64,000 bases of DNA from an uncultured Planctomycetales bacterium (GCA_964464475.1 CAYXGG010000002.1:9322-73321), one strand, 5' to 3'; shown: positions 30,449-40,111, numbered from the stretch's first letter. Program-made: numbers and translations. Notes: generated by a model not told the origin, from the letters alone.

Positions 30449-30916
30449 TTAATGATGATGTCCCCCTTCGCCGTGGGCGTGCCCATGTGCGATCTCTTCT
30501 GCCGTTGCCGGACGAACCCCCATAATCTCCACATCAAATGTCAAATCTTTTCCTGCCAAAGGATGATTTCCATCCAAAACCACTTCCTTTTCGTTAACCT
30601 GGACAACCGTGACCACCCGAAAAGCAGCGCCTTCCCCCACTTCGAACATATCACCAATGTTCACCTTCTCGGCCGGCAACCGTTCCCTCGCCACTTGAAA
30701 AATTAATTTTTGATCATACGCGCCATACGCCTGTAAATAAGGGACCTCTATGGTCTTACGATCTCCCATATTCAGTGCCGCTAAAGCGGATTCCAGTCCA
30801 GGAATAATTTGGCCTGATCCTTGCAAAAAAGCAAAGGCTTCGCCCTTGCGGGACGTATCCAATAATTTTCCATCCTTATCCGTTAGCGTATAATGAAAAT
30901 TAATAACGTTAGCCAT
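30449..30916 (-). CDS. slyD: FKBP-type PPIase SlyD
   Basis: IIPGLE, AYG, DGNHPLAGKDLTF, His-rich tail. Confidence 0.93.
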   Translation of the reverse strand: MANVINFHYTLTDKDGKLLDTSRKGEAFAFLQGSGQIIPGLESALAALNMGDRKTIEVPYLQAYGAYDQKLIFQVARERLPAEKVNIGDMFEVGEGAAFRVVTVVQVNEKEVVLDGNHPLAGKDLTFDVEIMGVRPATAEEIAHGHAHGEGGHHH

Positions 30917-30987
30917 GCCTCTCTCTCCTTATTGATTATGAGTCAAACCGTCCAAGATCACCGAAGGCTAATCCCCCAGGAGAACTT

Positions 30988-31263
30988 TCAGTGCGAGGCT
31001 CTTTTAACTCTGGTTAACTGAAGCCCCACATATTTGAATCGCGGGACACGCTGTTGGTTAATAACGACTTTTTCTTCAAACATTTTCTTAGGTCGGACCC
31101 ACCATGAATTTAATCCAAATTTTGTTCGATACAACGCCTGATAAACGACCATTTCCGTTAAATCCTCACTGTGTCTAGCGACAGCCACCACGCGATAGAA
31201 TTTCCCCTTATAATGACGGTAGATGCCTGGTTTAATGATGGGATTTAACGTTTTTGACTTCAT
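30988..31263 (-). CDS. DUF1653 protein
   Basis: GIYRHYKG..Y.V...ARHSE...VVYQALY...WVRP..MF. Confidence 0.88.
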   Translation of the reverse strand: MKSKTLNPIIKPGIYRHYKGKFYRVVAVARHSEDLTEMVVYQALYRTKFGLNSWWVRPKKMFEEKVVINQQRVPRFKYVGLQLTRVKRASH

Positions 31264-31280
31264 ATTTTTTCAATCAAACA

Positions 31281-32036
31281 TTAATCCGCTAAGTTGACCT
31301 GCGCCTGACTCAGCGTCCAACGCAGACGTTCGTACCAGTGCCGGTAGCCCTCCCCAGAAAGATGCAAACGGTCTGGACTGTAATAGCGGTTCATATTTTT
31401 GCCAAAAGGATCTTGATCACGCTCGGAGAAAAGATCAACATACCAAACGCCTTTTTCCCGGGCAAGCCGCTGATAGATCTCACGTACCGAGCGCGAACGT
31501 TCTTGATAAATGACCGTAAACGGCCAATGAAATATCGGAGCTAATCCAACATTACCGGAATGAAGCAACACCACCTGTCGCCCAACGACTTTAGCGCGAT
31601 CAATCAATATCGCGAGTCGCTGTTCAATTCTGAATACCCGGGTGAAGCGCAAAATATCATTAGCGCCAATTTGCATGACCACCAAATCATAGCGATCAAG
31701 TCCCGGATAAAATTCTTTTAGCAATCCTTCCAATTTTAAACCGTTGCGACTACGGTTATCAATGTGCGCCTGAGGAAAATCCTGAGCTAGCCACCCGGCG
31801 ATCGACTGGGCATTGGTCGCAGCTCCGGTACCGACGGCCGTACTGTCTCCGACAAAGAGCACTTTCAACTTCGCATCAGGTACGTTGCGCCGAAAAGGCT
31901 GCAAGCTATAATCCCCCCGAGAACTTAAAACCAAAAACTGTCCCAGTTGCCCCAAGAAGACCGCGAGCCCCAAGACAAGACAAATTTTAATGATCCGTAA
32001 AGTCCAACCCCCTGACCTGCTCCGAGACGAATTCAT
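31281..32036 (-). CDS. SGNH/GDSL hydrolase, membrane-anchored
   Basis: GDSTAVG, GAND, DRLHLS. Confidence 0.88.
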   Translation of the reverse strand: MNSSRSRSGGWTLRIIKICLVLGLAVFLGQLGQFLVLSSRGDYSLQPFRRNVPDAKLKVLFVGDSTAVGTGAATNAQSIAGWLAQDFPQAHIDNRSRNGLKLEGLLKEFYPGLDRYDLVVMQIGANDILRFTRVFRIEQRLAILIDRAKVVGRQVVLLHSGNVGLAPIFHWPFTVIYQERSRSVREIYQRLAREKGVWYVDLFSERDQDPFGKNMNRYYSPDRLHLSGEGYRHWYERLRWTLSQAQVNLAD

Positions 32037-32059
32037 GTTTTGCGTAAGCTATCTTTTTT

Positions 32060-32174
32060 TATTGACCTTTCTACTACAAAAGACTGGTATATGGAAGTCA
32101 ATACGGCCTTTCCCCGAAGAAAAGAAAGGTCTAATACTGGCTTCCTTTATTGTCTTTGGTCAAAAAGGCCAGTA
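32060..32174 (+). mobile_element. TA-flanked palindromic MITE, copy 2 (overlaps the 3' end of CDS 32131-33012)
   Basis: TATTGACCTTT...AAAGGCCAGTA ends; excision restores a C-terminus ending in an ATGA overlap. Confidence 0.9.
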
Positions 32175-33012
32175 ATAACTCATCGACCCATTGTTTGGCT
32201 TGCCCTAAAGTTCCTCCCAACATTTGCCTCGCGAGTTCCGCAGCCAAGATTTGATCGCCTCGTTGGGCCAATTCCAAAATTCGTTGCTCTTGCTCAGCTC
32301 GAGATAACCTGCCAAACTGTGCGGTATTAAACTCTGATCGCGTTTCTGCCGCGACAGAACAGTACTTAGAGAATACCGCCACCGCCTCTTTGATCCCCGG
32401 TCGAATTCCGGTCCAGTCCAATCGTACTAAATCAGGCAAAAGAACTTCCACGGGATAATGCAACGACCTATAGCGGTAATTACCTCGACGAGGATCCTGG
32501 GTGACCCGTTCCTGAGCCAACAATTTTTCTAACTCCGTCAGGTTCTCCTGAGCAATCTTCAACTCCAAAAAATTAGTTATTCGAACTTCCCGATCCAAAT
32601 TGGTGGGGGTGAATTTATGACGAACCACGCGAACTGAAGAAATGTCCCGCACAGAAAGGGAGAATGCCTGCAGATCTCGATTTTGAAAATGAAAGTTGTA
32701 GACCGAACGGAATTTGACCAGCACGCGATCTGAGGACACCCGAACCAGCCAATTACCCGACGAAGCGCAGGCTTTCAGCATCCGCGCGGCCATTAATGTA
32801 AAAACCATCATAAAGAAAGCAATCAGCCACAGTAAGGGTTTAGGAAATCCGTCCCAGTAGGGATAACTGTCTATTTTCAAACTAAACCACAATGAACATA
32901 TCATTAAACCGCCAAAGATGATCACCGCCACCACATGCGGCAAGATAGGATAACGAAAGATTTTTTCCTGGGCATTAATAGGCGGAACGCTGGCAAGACT
33001 GTAAAATTGCAT
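32131..33012 (-). CDS. Membrane hypothetical protein with L7/L12 C-terminal-like helical motif; last residues derived from the MITE
   Basis: Two N-terminal TM helices; G.QILA..LAR...G.TL..AKQWVD. Confidence 0.7.
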   Translation of the reverse strand: MQFYSLASVPPINAQEKIFRYPILPHVVAVIIFGGLMICSLWFSLKIDSYPYWDGFPKPLLWLIAFFMMVFTLMAARMLKACASSGNWLVRVSSDRVLVKFRSVYNFHFQNRDLQAFSLSVRDISSVRVVRHKFTPTNLDREVRITNFLELKIAQENLTELEKLLAQERVTQDPRRGNYRYRSLHYPVEVLLPDLVRLDWTGIRPGIKEAVAVFSKYCSVAAETRSEFNTAQFGRLSRAEQEQRILELAQRGDQILAAELARQMLGGTLGQAKQWVDELLLAFLTKDNKGSQY

Positions 33013-33019
33013 AATGAAA

Positions 33020-34753
33020 TTAAATTTTTAATTCCGCACGTAAAGCGTTCATCAAAGGCGCGATCGTTTTCGCCGAAAATTCAAATCGAAGCCCCGCCGC
33101 TTGAAATAATTCCGGCAACGGCCGAGCACCTCCAAAACTTAACGCTTTTTTGTAAGCCTCCAAAGCGGCTTTTCGGTCTCGACGGGCATTCTGCCATAGT
33201 TGCAAAGCCCCCAATTGCGCGATCCCGTATTCAATATAATAAAATGGGACCTCAAAAATATGTAGTTGGCGATGCCAAAGCGTGCCATGAATGGCCTCTA
33301 GCCCTTCCCAATCAACCAAATCTCCTCCGAACCGCTGGCGAATGCTAAGCCAAGCTTGGCGTCGCGTTTCCCGGGTTTGATTCGGATGTTCGTAAATCCA
33401 TAGTTGAAAAGCATCAATGGTCGCCACCCAAACCAACGTGGAAACAATATCTTCATAGTGAGAGAATTTTGAGCGCTCCAAATCTTCACGACTATAAAAT
33501 ACATCTAAGAATTCTTTTCCCAACAGTTCCATGGACATGGACGCGACTTCGCAGAATTCCATAGGGGCGTGTCGATAGTCAAATAACGGCTGACTGGCGC
33601 ATGCCAATGCGTGAAACGCATGGCCCGCTTCATGCAACAACGTGTACACATCATCATCAATACCTACCGCGTTCATAAAAATAAACGGCTGCCGGGCCTC
33701 GGTCAGCGTGCTTTGATATCCACCGGGAGCCTTGCCCTTCCGACTCGCCAAATCTAAAAGACCCAGATCGGACATGTCAGTAAATTGTTTACCTAACTCC
33801 GGGTCATTACGCTGCATGATAAGACCAACCCCTTTAATCAATTCTGCCGCGTCAGCAAACGGGAGCAGCGCCGGCCGACCTAAGGCATCAACCTGTAAAT
33901 CCCAAGGGCGAAGCTTATCCAATTTCAAATCTCGTTTTCTTTTCTCCAGAATTTTCTGCCAGACGGGCAGCACCAACTCTTCGATCGCGGCATGATACTG
34001 CCGGCACTCGACCGGCGAGTAATCAAATCGATGCAGCGCTTTAAATTGATAATCAACAAAATTAGGGGAACCGGCATTTTTCGCGATATCCTGACGCAGC
34101 AACAACATTTGGTCAAAAATATCATCTAGTTTATCTTTTTCGAGAAATCTTCGCTGCACCGTCGCGCGCCACGCCGCTTCACGCACAGCGCGATCCGTCT
34201 CAAATAAATACTTTCCCATTTGCGGCAACGTCTTCTCGGCACCGTCAAAGGTTACGGTCATGGCCCCACAAACCGTCTGATAATCCTGAGCCAACAAAGA
34301 TTCTTTCGTTTGCAATGGGACATTTTCTTCACAAAACAATTTCGTGTCCGACTCAATTTTGCGATCATACAGGGCATAAAAACTATGACCCGCCGGAAAT
34401 CGACGCCGCTCCCCTAAATACTTTAAATTTAATTGATCCGCCAAAGGCTTAACCGCGGGAACAACTTGCTCTATAAAATCGCGGTAGGCCTTAGCTCGAG
34501 CTTCATCATCAGTCTGACAAGTCATCCGAATGTACAAAAGCGTCCCATGCTGTTCCAGCGCAGCCTCCAGTTCAGAACGATCTTGCAACCAAGTCTCAAG
34601 ATTCTGGGCGCTTCCAATAAAAGTGTTTAGCAAACGTCGATACAAAGCGACCACCTCATCAACATTTCCTAAACCGGCTTGGTCGGGCACAAATCTTCGC
34701 TGCGCGTAGCGAGCTAATTTTTGAAAATCTAGTTCTACCGTGGCACTTTCCAT
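33020..34753 (-). CDS. M3B oligoendopeptidase F family
   Basis: KGKAPGGY, HEAGHAFH, EVASMSME, PFYYIEY. Confidence 0.93.
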   Translation of the reverse strand: MESATVELDFQKLARYAQRRFVPDQAGLGNVDEVVALYRRLLNTFIGSAQNLETWLQDRSELEAALEQHGTLLYIRMTCQTDDEARAKAYRDFIEQVVPAVKPLADQLNLKYLGERRRFPAGHSFYALYDRKIESDTKLFCEENVPLQTKESLLAQDYQTVCGAMTVTFDGAEKTLPQMGKYLFETDRAVREAAWRATVQRRFLEKDKLDDIFDQMLLLRQDIAKNAGSPNFVDYQFKALHRFDYSPVECRQYHAAIEELVLPVWQKILEKRKRDLKLDKLRPWDLQVDALGRPALLPFADAAELIKGVGLIMQRNDPELGKQFTDMSDLGLLDLASRKGKAPGGYQSTLTEARQPFIFMNAVGIDDDVYTLLHEAGHAFHALACASQPLFDYRHAPMEFCEVASMSMELLGKEFLDVFYSREDLERSKFSHYEDIVSTLVWVATIDAFQLWIYEHPNQTRETRRQAWLSIRQRFGGDLVDWEGLEAIHGTLWHRQLHIFEVPFYYIEYGIAQLGALQLWQNARRDRKAALEAYKKALSFGGARPLPELFQAAGLRFEFSAKTIAPLMNALRAELKI

Positions 34754-34762
34754 AGTTCAATC

Positions 34763-35245
34763 CTATTCTTTCACCAGCGCGTTTCCTTTTTGAGTCCATT
34801 CCATAACGCCACCGTGATAATCAATCGCATCATAATTAAAACTACGCAGTAGCTGCGCGGCCAGACGACTGGTCTGACAGGAAGCGCTTTGGCAATAAAC
34901 AACGACTTTGACACCTTGCGGAATCAATTCTTTAATTTTCTCTTCATTCATATCCGATAGGGGAAACGACAACGCGCCTTCAATATGACCATTAATAAAA
35001 ACGTTGGCGGGGCGAGCATCCAACAAAATATAATTCTTGTTCCCCTTCCTTAAGGTGATGAATTCGTCATAGGTAATTTCCGGCACAAATTGGGCATTCT
35101 CTTGAGTAACGGAAACCTGGGGTTTTTGATCGCAACCTCCCTGGGGTCCACAAGCGTCCGTATCCTGAGCCCAAGAAAATCTCTTTTCTCCACAAAAAGT
35201 AACGGTGCTAAGAAGAAAAATAACTAGGAAAACCTTCCTCATCAT
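34763..35245 (-). CDS. Exported rhodanese-domain protein
   Basis: LLDAR, GHIEGA, VYCQSASC, GGVMEW. Confidence 0.88.
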   Translation of the reverse strand: MMRKVFLVIFLLSTVTFCGEKRFSWAQDTDACGPQGGCDQKPQVSVTQENAQFVPEITYDEFITLRKGNKNYILLDARPANVFINGHIEGALSFPLSDMNEEKIKELIPQGVKVVVYCQSASCQTSRLAAQLLRSFNYDAIDYHGGVMEWTQKGNALVKE

Positions 35246-35258
35246 GATTATCCTTTTC

Positions 35259-35654
35259 TTAAAATTTTAGCTGATCAACTTCACTACGAAAACGATCAAT
35301 GGTTTCAGATTCTTTGCGCTTGCGCTCTTCTTCAGCGCGTCGCTCTTCTTCTTTCCGCTGAATCATTTTCCGATACTCATCATTAGCCAAGCTAACCAAC
35401 TCTTTAAAGAAATCCAATTGTACTTGCATCACGTCATCGGTGTAAATAATAAGGGTAATCATATTGCCGACAACCACATACTGACGCTTCTTACTAAAAG
35501 AACTGAGCCGATACGCCTGATGCAGGAATTTGATCCAAAGATCATCGGGTTTTCCTGAAAGAACCAGCGGATATTTATAAGCGTTGGCCTGGGTTGCGTC
35601 GCGTTCGATATGTTCGCGCTCCACCCCAATAATTTTGAAATCCTGAAAATCCAT
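35259..35654 (-). CDS. Hypothetical protein with C-terminal coiled coil
   Basis: AAGGAGG RBS; tightly packed in the operon. Confidence 0.7.
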   Translation of the reverse strand: MDFQDFKIIGVEREHIERDATQANAYKYPLVLSGKPDDLWIKFLHQAYRLSSFSKKRQYVVVGNMITLIIYTDDVMQVQLDFFKELVSLANDEYRKMIQRKEEERRAEEERKRKESETIDRFRSEVDQLKF

Positions 35655-35678
35655 ACGCCCTCCTTTAGTGAGTTCTGT

Positions 35679-36140
35679 TCAGCACAGTATCGTTTTATGT
35701 CTCAAATGCAACTTCTTTTGGCGATAATCCAACCAAAAACCCAGCGATCGATAGCGGCACTCGACCCGAAGGTTCTCGCAAATCTTAATTTCTGCCTCCG
35801 TTGTCAACGCCACCAACCCATGCCAAAGATTCTTTTTAAGAATCACCGGTCGGTCTAAATGGAAAGCCTGGAGAGAATCGAAGTCTTCCCCGGGACAAAC
35901 ATAAAGAATCGCCTTCCCCCGAACCGGCTCAAATGTCTCAAAGGAACCGGGATGTCGCTCCAATCGACGAATTTTTCGATCTCGCAAAACTAAATAAGCA
36001 ACCCGCCAGCCAACCGGCTCAGTTTCTTTAAGAACAATCCGCCACAGATTTCTATCCTTCGATTTATCTTCTTTTTGGGAATAATGAATCAGCCACCCAA
36101 AAGGCCCAAAATTTAAATCAGTCATTCTCAATAGTTTCAT
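35679..36140 (-). CDS. Ureidoglycolate-lyase-like cupin protein
   Basis: F.PFG, LERHP.S.E.FEP, WH motifs. Confidence 0.7.
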   Translation of the reverse strand: MKLLRMTDLNFGPFGWLIHYSQKEDKSKDRNLWRIVLKETEPVGWRVAYLVLRDRKIRRLERHPGSFETFEPVRGKAILYVCPGEDFDSLQAFHLDRPVILKKNLWHGLVALTTEAEIKICENLRVECRYRSLGFWLDYRQKKLHLRHKTILC

Positions 36141-36152
36141 AAAACTTAAAAT

Positions 36153-37274
36153 TTAAGGCCGCGGCCAAGCCAAACCATCGGCTTCCATATGAATCAAACG
36201 ACCGATTTGCTGAGATTTAATATCCAAGACCAAAATACCCTGCGAGCGATGAAACAACACTAAATTCTGGCGACCTGGTGACCATTCGACATGATACAAA
36301 GACTTGGAATTATCTCGTGAAACTCTAGGCAGCTCAACCATCCTCTGCTTTTTCTTTTCTTCATCCAACAAATAAACATAATTTCTTTCATCCAAACCAG
36401 CCACTGTTCTGCCATCTGACGCCGTAGCCACCAATCCAAAGGCTCGATATTTCTTAAATCGCTGGTCAGGTGTCCCTAAAAATAATTTTACGGTTGATTG
36501 GCTTAAATCCAATTTAGCCAACTCCGCCGCCGGGGCAGATACTTCCCCAATCTCCTGGGCTACTGAATTATCTAAAGCGACCCGAAATAATTTTACTTTT
36601 CCTTCCCGATAATATGCTGAAGTCTCTATTTTTTTTGCAAAAACTAACCCTGTTCCTTCCCAATCCCAAACAATTTCTGAAACATTGGGTGGAAAACCCA
36701 AGAGCAAAGATTTTTTATTCGTTGCTAAATCAAAAACGTACGCCTGATTTTGGGATGATACCGCTGACCAACGACTAATGCGATAAAAGAATTTGTCCGA
36801 TTGCCGATTCCAAACAAAATCATTAAAGGAACCACGAACGTCCTTTTGAACCGGAATGTCTAGCTTCTCAGAAAATAACTCTTTGGCCTTTGGATAAAGT
36901 TGATACACGATCAACTCATCGGGAAAAAACACCAACAATTTCTTTCCGTCCGGGGAAAACAACGCATCTGTAATCGGTCGTTTAGCGTCATAAATCTTTT
37001 CAGTCCCTGTGCCATCTAGGTTGATCCTAACAAGTTGCTTGTAATTAACCACATAAATCGAGGCCTTTTCTTTGACCCACTCTGTGCCGGGAAGGATATT
37101 GAGCAATAATTGCTTCTGGTGGTAATCTTTATAGCCTTCCCAAATTAACACACTGGCCCAGATCACGGCCACGGCCAAAGCCGCGTTGGTAAACGTTGCC
37201 AGGACAAGATAGTAAAATGGTCGCTTTTTGGGTTCGAGAATGCGCGTCGCGACTTTTTGACGGTTAACGGCCAT
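36153..37274 (-). CDS. Membrane-anchored beta-propeller (TolB/WD40-like) protein
   Basis: TM anchor; FSPDGKK, WN..S.K, WD..G, WSPG repeats. Confidence 0.7.
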   Translation of the reverse strand: MAVNRQKVATRILEPKKRPFYYLVLATFTNAALAVAVIWASVLIWEGYKDYHQKQLLLNILPGTEWVKEKASIYVVNYKQLVRINLDGTGTEKIYDAKRPITDALFSPDGKKLLVFFPDELIVYQLYPKAKELFSEKLDIPVQKDVRGSFNDFVWNRQSDKFFYRISRWSAVSSQNQAYVFDLATNKKSLLLGFPPNVSEIVWDWEGTGLVFAKKIETSAYYREGKVKLFRVALDNSVAQEIGEVSAPAAELAKLDLSQSTVKLFLGTPDQRFKKYRAFGLVATASDGRTVAGLDERNYVYLLDEEKKKQRMVELPRVSRDNSKSLYHVEWSPGRQNLVLFHRSQGILVLDIKSQQIGRLIHMEADGLAWPRP

Positions 37275-37276
37275 GA

Positions 37277-37960
37277 TTAATTGTCACCCAACAAGTTCCA
37301 AACTTCCCCAAAAATCCATTGTTCCCAACGCGCGTAGGCTTTGGCGGAGGGGTGAAGATTATCACTCGACAACAAAGACGCGTCCGTTGCCATTTCTTTA
37401 GATACGGAAAAAATATCTACCACTTTTAAGCCACGAGACTTGGCTTCTGCTTCTATAATTCGGTTAAATATTTTAAGTCCTTCCTCTATATCTCGACCTT
37501 GCGCGTAGTCCTGGGCTTTGGGGGTGACAGAAAAATCCGGAATATTAATAATCAGAAGACGCCGCGGATCAGTAAGGCAACTCAGCGTAGCATCCAATAA
37601 TTGACTAAAGCGTTCTTGAAATTGATCAGCAGTCACGCCTCTTACCCAATCATTGACGCCTACCATGAGCGTGACAAAATCCGGACGCATCTCTTTTAAG
37701 AGAGGGATAGCATACAGGTTCAATTCCGCTGTTGACCACCCTGTGCGGGCCAAAATTTTCTTTAATTCAATAGGAACATCGATTTGCCGTAGATGCAAGG
37801 TAAGAATAACCGGCCAACTTTCCTGAATGGAAGAGCCTTCCCCAACTGAGTAAGAATCTCCCAAAGCAACATAGGAAATACTTCCGTTGGTTTGAGCGGC
37901 CAAAGTGGGACGAGGGAACAAGCTCAAAACCAGAATAATAAACCAAAGTAATCGCTGCAT
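37277..37960 (-). CDS. Secreted SGNH/GDSL hydrolase
   Basis: ALGDSY, GVND, DNLHPS; signal peptide. Confidence 0.9.
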   Translation of the reverse strand: MQRLLWFIILVLSLFPRPTLAAQTNGSISYVALGDSYSVGEGSSIQESWPVILTLHLRQIDVPIELKKILARTGWSTAELNLYAIPLLKEMRPDFVTLMVGVNDWVRGVTADQFQERFSQLLDATLSCLTDPRRLLIINIPDFSVTPKAQDYAQGRDIEEGLKIFNRIIEAEAKSRGLKVVDIFSVSKEMATDASLLSSDNLHPSAKAYARWEQWIFGEVWNLLGDN

Positions 37961-37968
37961 AGGCAACG

Positions 37969-37997
37969 ATTTTAGCTTGAACAGCGACGAATCACAA
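37969..37997 (-). promoter_or_regulatory. Putative sigma-70 promoter TTGTGA-N17-TAAAAT
   Basis: Lies 8 nt upstream of ATG 37960; no SD. Confidence 0.45.
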
Positions 37998-38052
37998 GCT
38001 AAAAGTCAGCGACTATTCTGAGAAATATCCGGGGGTCAAAGAAGGATAATTC

Positions 38053-38655
38053 TTAAAGCATGCGACGGACAACACTGATGACTTTGCCAATAATAGATAC
38101 ATCAGGATTAACCGGAATTGGTTCATACTTCGTATTGGCAGGTTCAAGAAAAAACTTTTCGCCTTTTCGCTTAAGATATTTCACAGTGGCGTCCTCACCG
38201 ACCAGCGCGACAACGGTCTCACCCACTTGAGCAACCGATTGGCGCCTGACCAAAACCAAATCATCCGGCATAATGCCTGCGTCAATCATACTGTCACCCC
38301 GGACCTTTAAAGCGAAAATAGTGTCATCAGAAAAAGCTAACGAATGCAAATCCAAATAGCCTTCAATATCTTCTACGGCCAAGGAGGGCAACCCCGCCTG
38401 AACTTTGCCAACGATAGGAAAAGAAAACAAGGCTTCGCGCACTAACTCCAAGGCTCGCGATTTGTTGGCGGTGATACGCAAATAGCCCTTTTTGACCAGA
38501 GCCCGCAGATGATCTCGCGTTGTCCCTGTTGACGCAAAGCCAAAATGCGCCCCAATTTCCCTAATTGTGGGAGGAAGGCTCTGCGAACGAATACGATCGT
38601 AAATAAATTTAAGAACTTCTTTTTGCTTTTCAGTAAGGGTAGGTTTATTTGTCAT
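38053..38655 (-). CDS. lexA: SOS repressor LexA
   Basis: PPTIREI wHTH, Ala-Gly cleavage site (QAGLP), GDSM and ATVK catalytic dyad. Confidence 0.96.
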   Translation of the reverse strand: MTNKPTLTEKQKEVLKFIYDRIRSQSLPPTIREIGAHFGFASTGTTRDHLRALVKKGYLRITANKSRALELVREALFSFPIVGKVQAGLPSLAVEDIEGYLDLHSLAFSDDTIFALKVRGDSMIDAGIMPDDLVLVRRQSVAQVGETVVALVGEDATVKYLKRKGEKFFLEPANTKYEPIPVNPDVSIIGKVISVVRRML

Positions 38656-38661
38656 GATCAC

Positions 38662-38690
38662 TTTCTACCACTCTCCTGTGTGGATGTCAA
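38662..38690 (-). promoter_or_regulatory. lexA promoter TTGACA-N17-TAGAAA with a palindrome (candidate LexA box) in the spacer
   Basis: Perfect -35 box; spacer contains CCACWC-N4-GWGTGG (38668-38683). Confidence 0.7.
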
Positions 38691-38710
38691 CAAAAGTTTA
38701 GAAAAATTTA

Positions 38711-38742
38711 AGGGCGGACCGCATTTTCACGCGGCCCGCCCT
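38711..38742. terminator. GC hairpin, probable terminator
   Basis: AGGGCGGACCGC/GCGGCCCGCCCT stem with T-rich flanks. Confidence 0.65.
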
Positions 38743-38764
38743 CTTTTTCCCATCTTTCTAAATA

Positions 38765-39616
38765 TTACTTCAAACTTTTTACCGGCAACGTCTCAAATTG
38801 CAACTGGTTCAACAACTCAAACATCAAATGACTGTTATCCGCACTTCCCTCTTGCTCATAGGCCTGAATCAAATTGGCTAACACTCGACTCATAATCGTT
38901 TCTGCGGAAGGCACCTCATGAATTACCTCTTGCCAAGATTCTTGATTTGATTTGGCTAGCTCCTTTAAATCATTTTCTGACATAATCTTCCCGCCGTTAA
39001 AGCAATCAACAAAAACTTTTCTTCCGTTCAGATCAATCCGTGCCAGGAAATGCCCAGGAAAACTGCACCCCACAACTTCCAACCCCAAACGTCTAGCGGT
39101 AAGCATATAGACACATACTAAACTAATCGGAATGCCCTGCTTTCTTTTTAATACATAGGCTAAATTACTATTACTGGGATTGTAGTAATCCGTTTTAGCT
39201 CCTTTTAAACCCAACACTTCAAATAAATAATATGCGACTCCATAAGCGTCTTTCTTGATATTTGTTGCCGCAAAATCTTTGGCTAGCTGATCAAGTAATT
39301 CTTTTACCGAAATCGCTAAAGGCAACCCCTCTTGAAATTCCGCCAACAACCCCAAAGCTTTCTCAATCTTATCAAGATCGTTTTTGATATAAAACCAACT
39401 TGACCAATTAGCTTTTAACCACTGCCGATTTAATGGTTCCAGAATATGCGCCAAGCGAGCCTTGTGCGCTCCCGTAAGAGAAAAATTTCTTTCCGCTAGA
39501 ATATTTCTTAAAGGTAATCCGAAAGCTAACAAAGCTTGCGTTACCGCTTGAACTACGGCAGGGGTATCGTCATCCAGCAAACTAATCAGGGCAGGCAATT
39601 GATCAGGATCCGGCAT
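38765..39616 (-). CDS. SirB1-like transglutaminase-fold (Transglut_core2) protein
   Basis: LISLLDDD, DYYNPSNS, GIPISL, FPGHFL, DCFNGG. Confidence 0.85.
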   Translation of the reverse strand: MPDPDQLPALISLLDDDTPAVVQAVTQALLAFGLPLRNILAERNFSLTGAHKARLAHILEPLNRQWLKANWSSWFYIKNDLDKIEKALGLLAEFQEGLPLAISVKELLDQLAKDFAATNIKKDAYGVAYYLFEVLGLKGAKTDYYNPSNSNLAYVLKRKQGIPISLVCVYMLTARRLGLEVVGCSFPGHFLARIDLNGRKVFVDCFNGGKIMSENDLKELAKSNQESWQEVIHEVPSAETIMSRVLANLIQAYEQEGSADNSHLMFELLNQLQFETLPVKSLK

Positions 39617-39647
39617 AAACCACCTTTCGTCTAGATGAAATATAAAT

Positions 39648-40022
39648 TTATGATGACGGCGCTGCGCCCAGAAGCGTATTTAACTTTTCGAATAACAATT
39701 CAAATTTTATCGGCTTGACTAAATAACCCCGCACCCCCTTGAGACTAAAAATGGGCTGCATTTCTTCATGAGCCGTTAAGACCACGACTGGCACTCGGGT
39801 AAAATCAGGCAATTTACGAAACTCGAGCATAAAAGTATACCCGTTCATACTGGGCATTTGAACATCTAAAATAATAAGGTCGGGTTTATCTTTGACGACT
39901 TTTTGTAAACCTTCCGCCCCATCTCCAGCCGTAACCACCTCATAACCATTAGTTTCCAATCTGGCTTTTACCAATTTTACGTTTAGTTGATCGTCGTCAA
40001 TAATCAAAATCTTTTTGGCCAT
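39648..40022 (-). CDS. Single-domain response regulator (receiver)
   Basis: IIDDD, ILDVQMP, LTA, KP. Confidence 0.93.
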   Translation of the reverse strand: MAKKILIIDDDQLNVKLVKARLETNGYEVVTAGDGAEGLQKVVKDKPDLIILDVQMPSMNGYTFMLEFRKLPDFTRVPVVVLTAHEEMQPIFSLKGVRGYLVKPIKFELLFEKLNTLLGAAPSS

Positions 40023-40111
40023 TTAATTTTCCTAAATAATTCCCGTCGGATAATAAACAAAAAAATTATAGCACAAGGTATTTTGAAAGCCACGACATCT
40101 TAAAAATTATT

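Noticed and set aside
32060-32174. Integron attC site interpretation of the repeat
   Set aside because: No RYYYAAC/GTTRRRY cores, copies are in both orientations and inside genes, and there is no integrase
31990-32330. Short plus-strand ORFs, one sharing a peptide with the 1152-aa protein
   Set aside because: The shared peptide comes from the MITE, not from a gene duplication
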